A stretch of DNA of 63,853 nt, counting the filler, from Barthelona sp. PAP020 (taxonomy: Eukaryota): the NCBI GenBank assembly GCA_040182905.1. It is 27 parts of 27 records of this genome, joined end to end, with 100 filler letters (N's around TTAATTAATTAA, not from the genome) between each part and the next. Parts side by side here need not be neighbours in the genome. Positions count along the whole stretch, not along the records: positions 54,978 to 57,135 come from JARQWU010000861.1; positions 57,236 to 59,385 come from JARQWU010000862.1; positions 59,486 to 61,623 come from JARQWU010000863.1; positions 61,724 to 63,853 come from JARQWU010000864.1; 23 more parts are not named here. One strand, given 5' to 3'. The notes beneath the pieces are model-generated. The model saw only the letters and a program-made list of their open reading frames with translations, did not search any database and was not told the DNA's origin. The position numbers and the translations under genes were made by a program. Shown piece after piece: positions 55,972-63,853 of the stretch (position 1 is its first letter; each line of letters opens with the position of its first letter).

Positions 55972-56850
55972 ATGACTCATGTAGTACAATGTTTTGAGAT
56001 GGTAGATTTTCCAAACAGTCACCATTCTCCAACTAATTTTTCTATTGATCAACTTGTTGACATTTTAACATCTCAAAAAAATCGTAATGTCAATAATATT
56101 GTGTTAGCATTAAAGGAACTAACTGCAAATAGATGTTCAGTGCAAGATTTTTTTGAGATTATTGATCAAAATATCATTAATCGGGAAATATTTAATTTAA
56201 TACAAGAATTTTTATTTCTTGATTGTGAACCTGAATACAATTCTGATGAGTTTCGGAATTATCTTGAAAATGAAGGTGTTTTTTTTTCTTTTGGTTCGGT
56301 AACTGAATATTCTTATTGCTCTTCGGCATCATCTTCAATTGGTTTTCCAAGATCTCCGATTGACAGTCATATGGAGTCGCTGATGAGACCAAGTCCACTG
56401 AGCTTTAGTGAAACGTTTTCACAGCCGAAAATAGAATCAATATATAAATTAAAAAAGAATGGAAAGATTAAAAAGAAGAGAAATTCAAAAAAAACATGTA
56501 AACCAGGAAGAAAAGGTAGAAATTGGACAAGTATTGAAGACACAAGGTTACAAGACGCAGTTTTATTGTATGGTGGAAAAAGTTGGAAGCAAATTGCTGC
56601 TAAAGTTGGTACAAAGACTGCAGATCAGTGTGTACAAAGATGGATTCGTGTGTTGAATCCAGATATCAAAAAAGGCCCTTGGTCTCCTGAAGAAGATGCC
56701 ATTTTACAGCAAGCTTATTTTCAAGTTCGACGCAAGAATAATTGGACATTAATTTCTCGATACGTGCCTCATAGAACTGATATTCAATGTAGATATAGAT
56801 TTAGCCGTTTAAAAAAATTGGGCAGGATAAATTTGAGCGAAGGAATGTGA
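55972..56850 (+). CDS. Two-repeat Myb transcription factor
   Basis: WTSIED...WKQIA...QCVQRW...LNP.IKKGPWSPEED...W..IS...RTDIQCRYR. Confidence 0.9.
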   Translation: MTHVVQCFEMVDFPNSHHSPTNFSIDQLVDILTSQKNRNVNNIVLALKELTANRCSVQDFFEIIDQNIINREIFNLIQEFLFLDCEPEYNSDEFRNYLENEGVFFSFGSVTEYSYCSSASSSIGFPRSPIDSHMESLMRPSPLSFSETFSQPKIESIYKLKKNGKIKKKRNSKKTCKPGRKGRNWTSIEDTRLQDAVLLYGGKSWKQIAAKVGTKTADQCVQRWIRVLNPDIKKGPWSPEEDAILQQAYFQVRRKNNWTLISRYVPHRTDIQCRYRFSRLKKLGRINLSEGM

Positions 56851-57038
56851 TTGCGATGCAAAAATGAAAAAAATAAATAAATAAAAATAAATAAATAAAG
56901 ATTTGCATTTTTAGTTATTCATTTATGGTTTGTGGCTTATTGTAAAACAACAAGTATTAATTTCCAGAGTAGGAACCACTGTGAATAAATGAACATGAAT
57001 GAATAGTACCTGTTTGATTGAAGAAATTTTTGGTTCAA

Positions 57039-57135
57039 TTGGTCAAGTTGTGAAACAACTATATTTATTTACAAAGAAAAAGTAATCAGAGAAAACTCAT
57101 TTCATTAAATCTCAGCCACAGAAAATGAGTGGCTG
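57039..57135 (-). repeat. Repeat family A, partial at the contig end
   Basis: TTGGTCAAGTTGTGAAACAACTATATTTATTTACAAAG. Confidence 0.8.
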
Positions 57136-57235
57136 NNNNNNNNNNNNNNNNNNNNNNNNNNNNNNNNNNNNNNNNNNNNTTAATTAATTAANNNNNNNNN
57201 NNNNNNNNNNNNNNNNNNNNNNNNNNNNNNNNNNN

Positions 57236-57648
57236 AAATTAAAAAAGTCACCACGTCATCTGAACCTGAACAAGTGACTTTATTTGACGGATATTTTGAG
57301 TTTGAAGATGGTTCTAATTACAAAGGACAGTATGTATCCAACAGTGACAGTGAGAATCAACGTCAAGGACAAGGTGTATATCAATGTAAAGATTATGTTT
57401 ATGAAGGAGAATGGGAAAATGACCAGATGAATGGCAAAGGAAAAATAATTTTCTCATCTGGATGTATATATGAAGGGGAGTTTATCAAAAATGAATTTAA
57501 TGGAAATGGAAAATATACTTGGCCCCATAATATCGGATACTATGAAGGTGTATTTAATAATAACAAAATTGTTGAAGGGAGATTTATTGATGGAAATGGA
57601 CAGATATTTGCTGGTGCAGGTGTTAAAGAATTGATGAATCTTCTGTAG
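57236..57648 (+). CDS. MORN-repeat protein (5' truncated)
   Basis: YEGEWENDQMNGKG and YEGEFIKNEFNGNGKY repeats. Confidence 0.85.
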
Positions 57649-57651
57649 TTT

Positions 57652-58728
57652 TTATTGTTCAAACATTTGAGAATTTTTTGGAAATAATTTTGACATTATT
57701 GTGTTTTGAAACTTTGTGGAAACTTTTATAAATTGTATCACTGTCTTTTTTATTTTGCGAATCAAAAATAATTGTTTTGATAAGACTCTCTTTGACAATA
57801 TGGCTGTTAAAAAGAGACCAGTCAATAAAGTAGTTAGACTTCCATGAATGATTAAAACGTTATAAATCATAGAAGTGTCAGTGTCATGCAGCTTTATGAT
57901 GTGATTTGAAAAGAAGTTTTTTGGTGTGCCTGCTTCATCCAATTCAATCAACCCACCAAAATCAAATCCCCTATCTTTGTCAGGAGGCTGTAATTGCACA
58001 GCCAAAAATCCAATATCAAAAGGAATTGTGACATTTTTATGCATTTCTACAAGAATACCTGAATTAACTTTATGAAATATATAATTGGATGAAGAATGAG
58101 GGATGAAAGACGAAGGAAAAAAAATCAATGAATGATTTCCAGTTGAACGAGACGAGATCAATCTGGAAAAGCCATTTCCTCCACCGAGTGATGTGCCAAT
58201 CTCTATTGATGGGTTATGATTTGCTAGTCCTGTTTGAACAAGAAGTGTATCATACGATATCTTAACATGTAGGAATGGAACCATGCTATTTGATCCAAAT
58301 AAATACTCAATATATTCATCAATGGGAATCTCAAGAGATAAAAATGGTGCAAGTTTAAATAGATGAAAAGAGCATAAATTGATCCTAGGTCTTTGCAATA
58401 CACATATTTCAAGTGAATCTGTACAAAAATCAATTGAAAATCCTTCAATATAGGTAGAAATTCCTAAAAAAGTCGTCAATTCTTTGACTATCCTGTAAAA
58501 ACAATCTGAAGAAAGTCCATGAGAAAATATATTCACTCCACCTGTCGTAATAAAGTCATTTATAGTTGTATGACTACCTTTTGTTATATATAAATCAAAA
58601 GTTTTCGAATCTACATGTTCAGAATCAAAACATAGTTTTGTTTGAGAGAAAATTGATGGGATTGGGAAAGAAATTGATTGATATGCATTGCAAATAATCA
58701 TACATATTAATAAAATTCCCAATCTCAT
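57652..58728 (-). CDS. GPI transamidase subunit PIG-T/Gpi16-like (divergent, short)
   Basis: Signal peptide; PPDKDRGFD and TDTSMIYNVL before a TM helix resemble the PIG-T motifs PPDxxxGF and PDFSMPYNV. Confidence 0.65.
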   Translation of the reverse strand: MRLGILLICMIICNAYQSISFPIPSIFSQTKLCFDSEHVDSKTFDLYITKGSHTTINDFITTGGVNIFSHGLSSDCFYRIVKELTTFLGISTYIEGFSIDFCTDSLEICVLQRPRINLCSFHLFKLAPFLSLEIPIDEYIEYLFGSNSMVPFLHVKISYDTLLVQTGLANHNPSIEIGTSLGGGNGFSRLISSRSTGNHSLIFFPSSFIPHSSSNYIFHKVNSGILVEMHKNVTIPFDIGFLAVQLQPPDKDRGFDFGGLIELDEAGTPKNFFSNHIIKLHDTDTSMIYNVLIIHGSLTTLLTGLFLTAILSKRVLSKQLFLIRKIKKTVIQFIKVSTKFQNTIMSKLFPKNSQMFEQ

Positions 58729-58756
58729 ATGAAGTGAGGAAAAAAAAAAGTCATAT

Positions 58757-59385
58757 TTATAAAACTGTAGCATCAAGCATTGTTGATAACATTACACTCA
58801 CTGATGATTCGCCCAAATGATTAGCCGTTTCAATAGCGTGTCTCTTGGGATCTAAACGGCCAACATTAACAATTTTTGGAATTTTTTCTTGTCTTTCTTT
58901 TTCTTTCTTTTCTTCTTCTGTATCTTCTTCTTCTTCTGCTTTTTTCTTTTTATCATCCTTTTCTACAGTTAAGAGCTCATTTTTGACCTTCTGTTCAAAC
59001 ATTTTGGATAATTTTACAAGCTCATTCAGGTCATTAACAAAATCTCTTCTTGATTCATTATAATCGGACAACACCAATTCATGACTTCTTTTTGTGTTGT
59101 CTAAGGACAACAATAAATCAATATCTTCAGTTGTTTTACTGTGTGCAATGTTTAAACTGTAATATTGTCTTCCCAACCCTCTGATTAAAGCTTTTAATTC
59201 CGCTGGTTTTGTCAATCCAACATTGGAAGTAATTTGTCTTGAACTACCCATGAGCATCAAGGAAGCAGGTATTAATCTGAAGGCATCAATAACAACCTTT
59301 CCACGAACCGATTGAATGGGATCAACAACAACAGCCACAGCTCTTGGATCAAGCTTTTCAAAACTTGACTGAGTCATTTGATCAA
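58757..59385 (-). CDS. RPN11: 26S proteasome deubiquitinase Rpn11/PSMD14 (5' truncated)
   Basis: TQSSFEKL..RAVAVVVDPIQSVRGKVVIDAFRLI, RQITSNVG, GLGRQYYS, VGRLDPKRH. Confidence 0.95.
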
Positions 59386-59733
59386 NNNNNNNNNNNNNNN
59401 NNNNNNNNNNNNNNNNNNNNNNNNNNNNNTTAATTAATTAANNNNNNNNNNNNNNNNNNNNNNNNNNNNNNNNNNNNNNNNNNNNCGGTGATTGGGCTTA
59501 TGTTTTGGAAGGTAATCAGAAGGATATCAAAGTTAAGATAATTCAGACTTTTGAAGATAAAGCAATTTGTGAAACTTCTCATGGACAATCTGAAGTGATT
59601 GAAAATAATTTATTGGCAAAATATGATTTCAGATATTGACAGAAATCATTCAGGTAAAAATATGTTTTCGAGTTTTTTCATTTTTTTTTCCTTCTAATTC
59701 CATTCTTATTTATCTATTTTGATTCAATGATAC

Positions 59734-60162
59734 ATGAAAGAAGAACTTGAAAAGCAATGTATAAGATTAATTGGAGCTGAAAAGAAGGATTTTTTGGAAC
59801 AGTTGAAGCAAAAGTATTCAGAAGTTCAGTATATTTCCTATTTACAGGCTTTGATTCAATTTTATTCATCAAAAATCGATTATATTAATCCTTTAAAGGA
59901 ATACATTTATAATAAAGCCGAAGAAAACTCAGTGGACATCTCTTTTAGTGCAGTAAATCGTTTATCAGAATATGTGGAGTTTATTAGTGCAGATCTTTTG
60001 GATAGTTTGGTATATATTTCCATATTAAAACATGATAAAGTTCTAAAAGCTGAATATATTCCATTTGCCAAGCATTTCCATCAAGATTTATCTTTGACTG
60101 TATTAAATTCGTTTAAATCTTCAAAGAACACAGAAGATTTTGAAATTGATAAAGATGGTTAA
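59734..60162 (+). CDS. Hypothetical protein, possible C-terminal histone fold
   Basis: The helix pattern LKEY...ISFSAVNRLSEYVE...LL...K..L..E.I is only suggestive. Confidence 0.4.
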   Translation: MKEELEKQCIRLIGAEKKDFLEQLKQKYSEVQYISYLQALIQFYSSKIDYINPLKEYIYNKAEENSVDISFSAVNRLSEYVEFISADLLDSLVYISILKHDKVLKAEYIPFAKHFHQDLSLTVLNSFKSSKNTEDFEIDKDG

Positions 60163-60228
60163 TCGTTAGATTTTTTTTTTGTTTCAGGGCTTTGTACCTT
60201 TTTCTCTCTTTCTGATAATTTTGAATGA

Positions 60229-60579
60229 ATGCTTATTATTAATTGTTATCTTGAAAAATCACATTTTCATCCATGCAATCAATTTCAATTTGAAATTGAA
60301 TCAATTGAAAACACATCAGATGATGTTATTTTAACTGCCTGTGAAGTTTTATCCAATACCAGTCCACAATTTGACCCCGAACAACACTATTTTTTGCTTG
60401 AAGGAGAAATTTTGTCATTCGATAAAACTCCTCTATATGAAATCGTTTCAGGAAGAGATAATTTTATATATTCATTGGTCATTTTACCTGTGTTCCAAAA
60501 AAAGATCAAACACAGTTTAAATTCATTGGATAATACAATTCCAACTTCATATTTACCCAAAAGAAATGTTTTCAATTAG
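60229..60579 (+). CDS. Hypothetical protein
   Basis: 116-aa ATG ORF in a gene-dense contig. Confidence 0.4.
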   Translation: MLIINCYLEKSHFHPCNQFQFEIESIENTSDDVILTACEVLSNTSPQFDPEQHYFLLEGEILSFDKTPLYEIVSGRDNFIYSLVILPVFQKKIKHSLNSLDNTIPTSYLPKRNVFN

Positions 60580-61846
60580 AATAATTCATTTAATTCCATT
60601 TTTTTTGCCTAATAATGTTTCTTTTGAAACAATAAAAATGAAAAAAATAATATTTGGTCTCATCAAATAAGTTTTCATTCACGTTTACAGAAGCGCTGAT
60701 TATCGCAACAGAGAGAGATAATCACATACGTAGACAAAGTTTCCAGTATTGGAAGTGATCAGTAAAAAATCGTTTTGGCGGTAAAATGAAAAGGATTTGC
60801 ATAAGTTTTATTTTGTGCTCTATACAGCAAGCCCACATTCTAAGATTACGTATTTTTTTTTTTTTTAACAGAAGAGTACCCTTCGACATCAATTACCCTC
60901 AAGACAAGTTTGATCACCCCAGTAAAATCCCAAGCTCTCAGAAACAAAGTCTATAAACAAAAAAAATTATAAATGAAAAAGTCTTTTGTTTTTCAACAAA
61001 TTTTTACACAATTCCTGAAAAGCTTTGTGGAAATTTAATTTGGAGGAAATTTTTCTCCTTTTTCCAAAAGGATATTTTTGCCGGCTTGTCCCACAATCAT
61101 TCATTCTTTGAAAAATCAATTTATTATACAACATGACATCAATATTTTTGATAAAACAAAGAAAACTATGATAATTAGGATTAATGAACCAAAAAGGGAA
61201 ATATTATAAAGCTGTTGATAAAACTAATTACCTTTCATTTTTTGGAGCATTTCAAGTGTTTATTTCATTATCTACATATCCATTCAATAGTTTATGGCCA
61301 TATTTTTTGTGGAGATTTGAGGAGAATTGTGAGGGTTGAGAATCCTTTGACACTTTTAGAAAAAAGCATTTTTATTCATTATTTATTGTATATGATATCT
61401 AGATATTTGTTTTATCGTTAATTTCACACAATTTACAAAAATTCATTTGATGACAAAATCAAAAAGAACTCGAATCAAGATTGTTTTTTGAAAACATTTA
61501 ATTTTTCGATTTGTGTTAAAAATGGGAGGACATGAGATAGACACTTCAAATATGACTGAAGATGAACTTGTTGTTAAGCTTCATGATTACAAATTGCTTC
61601 CCCAAAAGAGAATTGCAAAGGATNNNNNNNNNNNNNNNNNNNNNNNNNNNNNNNNNNNNNNNNNNNNTTAATTAATTAANNNNNNNNNNNNNNNNNNNNN
61701 NNNNNNNNNNNNNNNNNNNNNNNAAACTCAGATCAGGAATTGACAAACACTAACTAGCCAACCTTCTCATCCTATAATCCTTGTAAAAGCTTTTATAATC
61801 ATTTTCTGTTTTGCATCATGAAATTCTTTGATATTGTCCATTTGCG

Positions 61847-61858
61847 AGACTCGATCCT
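61847..61858 (-). promoter_or_regulatory. B-box-like motif AGGATCGAGTCT, 26 nt downstream of tRNA-Asp
   Basis: Identical to the Arg and Val motif, in the same orientation as the tRNA. Confidence 0.7.
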
Positions 61859-61884
61859 TTTTCTTTAGTTGACTAATCAAAACT

Positions 61885-61956
61885 CTCTCTCGCGGGGAAT
61901 CGAACCCCGGTCCCAAGCGTGACAGGCTTGAATGATGACCACTACACTACGAAAGA
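61885..61956 (-). tRNA. tRNA-Asp(GTC)
   Basis: Acceptor TCTTTCG/CGAGAGA; anticodon arm CAAGC-CT GTC AC-GCTTG; T arm CGGGG-TTCGATT-CCCCG. Confidence 0.95.
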
Positions 61957-62225
61957 ACCAATTGAATTTCTTTGTGAAGCGACAAGATCTCAATAAAATA
62001 ATTCCATATTTTCTTTCTTTTGAATAGATATAACATTTCAGTTGCAGTTTGTAACGTTTTCATAGTATTTGAGAAACAATTTAAAAGTTTAAATGTAAAA
62101 ATAAAAAGTTGATTTGTTTATTAATTGAAATATGGTTTTAATTCTTCATCAACAAGTAAAAAAGAATGAATTCTCTTTCATTCACACATACACTAAAGCT
62201 TCTTAGTCTGAAAAGAATGAAAGAA

Positions 62226-62429
62226 ATGTGAAAGTTCATGCTCAATGAACGGAATTTATTGGAGATATAAAGAGGTCATCAAATATCACTTCCATTATTT
62301 GGATGTTTCTTGACCATCTTTAAGTCCAATTTTTTAAGTTACTTGGGCATCTGAATCCATGTGAGTTTTTCCCAAACCTTAAGCTAACTCGTTTCGTTGT
62401 TCACTGAACAACGCATACCTCATAAATAT
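62226..62429 (+). repeat. Repeat family B, preceded by a degenerate inverted family A end (~62150-62220)
   Basis: Close match to 1901-2103, including the same A-end/B junction. Confidence 0.9.
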
Positions 62430-63146
62430 CATATGAATGGAGTTTATTTGATTAAAATCTAATTCTTTGCCAAAATAATAGTTAAAAATTTTAAAGACTT
62501 AGTTATTTTGTTCATTTTGCTGAAATTTGCTTGAACCAATGATCTCAATAAACATTATCAGTGAATATATTCAACCATTTCACATTTGGACCAATTATTT
62601 TCAATAAATTATGGGCAGATACACAAAAGACACAATGTAAAGTGATCAATAAACCAAGAAAAAATTTATGATGCTTCATCATTATTTTCGTTTGACTTTA
62701 AATTGATGGTTCCACATGAAATTTAGTCAATTTTCAAAGGATGAGTCCTGAGATTTTGTAAAATATATACTCATAAGGAATTTGAGCAACAACAACTGCC
62801 ATTTTTGTCCATCAATTAAACCTAACGAAATGTTGGATGATTAAATATGAAAATAAAGAATATATATGATATTGACCTGTTTTTGAGAGTCAAAAATCAA
62901 AATTGTTGCCTAGTTGGTATTACTATGCAGAACAGTGATCAAAAAATCTAAAAAAAGTCAATAACATAAATAATCGGTTTAGTAAATTATTCCATAATTT
63001 CTTGAAACTTTGACCTCAAATTTTAGAATTCGGAAAAACAGTAACAAAAAACAAAAACAAAATGGAAACCACTGGATTTATTTTCAATCATTGTTTGGAT
63101 GAATAAAAAAACAAAAAAAAAGACGGGGTTAAAATTAAAAAACTAT

Positions 63147-63593
63147 TTAAGCACTGTTGGAAGTAGATTCAAAATCAACATTATCCAAATCAGGAATGTC
63201 ATCATCATCTTTGGTCTCTTCTTCTTTGGGTGCTTCAAAATTCTCGGGGAGTTTCAAGCTGTTTGTTAAAGCAGGTAAAATAGTGGACATGACATCAGTA
63301 AGAGGCTTTTCAACAGGAGTTCCCATAATACCGAATGTGTCATGATCCATAATAGCTTCAACATTTGGATTATCAAAAGCCAAAACGGTTGAAGGGTCAT
63401 TTTCCTTCATCATAACAACTTCTTCCACAGCAGGGAAAGGTTGAGCTCTTAACTTTTTGAAATTGGATTCAATTTTTTGTTCATTAACATCGACTTGGGG
63501 AGTTCTCCTTTTTTGAGTACGAATACGTTGAGAACCTTTTCCACCAACACGACTTTGGGCGCGGAGTCTATCAAGAGCTTCTTGGTTGACCAT
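63147..63593 (-). CDS. BTF3: Nascent polypeptide-associated complex beta subunit (BTF3/EGD1)
   Basis: RVGGKGSQR, K...FKKL, VEEVVM, F.NP.V.A, TF.I.G, DDDIPDL. Confidence 0.92.
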   Translation of the reverse strand: MVNQEALDRLRAQSRVGGKGSQRIRTQKRRTPQVDVNEQKIESNFKKLRAQPFPAVEEVVMMKENDPSTVLAFDNPNVEAIMDHDTFGIMGTPVEKPLTDVMSTILPALTNSLKLPENFEAPKEEETKDDDDIPDLDNVDFESTSNSA

Positions 63594-63698
63594 TTTAAGA
63601 CAGTAAAATCGAAGGAAAAATAAAATGGAAACTTTTGGAAAGAATTAACAAAATTTTTTTTTTTCATCCATTGTTTTACTCTTTTAAAAACTCCAAAA

Positions 63699-63853
63699 AT
63701 GGTTTGTTTATGTGATATTTCTCTTATTAGAATTATTATTGAATGTTTCTAATATTTAGGGTATTGATTTAAAGGCTGGTGGTAGAGTTCCCAATTCACA
63801 ACGTTCTGGTCCTCGTAGTAGAAACCAATATTTGATGTCTCTTGTTAAAGTAT
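63699..63853 (+). CDS. RPL18: 60S ribosomal protein L18 (eL18), partial; intron 63702-63759 (58 nt) directly after the ATG
   Basis: Spliced product M|GIDLKAGGRVPNSQRSGPRSRNQYLMSLVKV; intron GTTTGT...TTCTAATATTTAG. Confidence 0.88.

Noticed and set aside
60690..60730. ACAGAGA inside a TGATTATC/GATAATCA hairpin as U6 snRNA
   Set aside because: The AGC triad and the U6 internal stem-loop do not follow.
60840..60950. Minus-strand TGA-TGT as a selenocysteine motif
   Set aside because: No recognisable selenoprotein or SECIS element, and the reading frame is ambiguous.
2403..61723. The repeated TTAATTAATTAA palindrome and ORFs ending in X...LIN
   Set aside because: These are an artificial six-frame-stop linker; the tails are translation artefacts.

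Overview
This window is not one locus. It is 27 short contigs (about 2.1-2.4 kb, sorted by decreasing length) joined by 26 artificial 100-nt linkers (N44-TTAATTAATTAA-N44), so adjacency across linkers means nothing. Most contigs come from a very AT-rich, gene-dense microbial eukaryote using the standard code. They carry proteasome, ribosomal-protein, Pol II, histone, SET1, GINS and GPI genes, flagellar/BBSome genes (BBS7, DNAL4, CFAP57-like) and the C-terminus of an ADP-forming acetyl-CoA synthetase, which together suggest an anaerobic flagellate protist. Seven short spliceosomal introns (34-97 nt) have a CTAAY branch point almost fused to the 3' AG. One contig (14815-17153) is bacterial: a DPP-IV gene start plus an intact IS1182 inserted in the loop of a REP-like hairpin, which itself lies inside a ~217-bp MITE with IS982-like ends. 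Best leads: (1) all four tRNA genes have the same B-box-like 12-mer AGGATCGRGTCT 25-27 nt past their 3' end, with dispersed repeat families clustered around them; (2) the nested IS1182/REP/MITE; (3) a CH-CBM20-like-LRR protein; (4) the intron architecture. All product calls come from motif recognition; no database searches were run.
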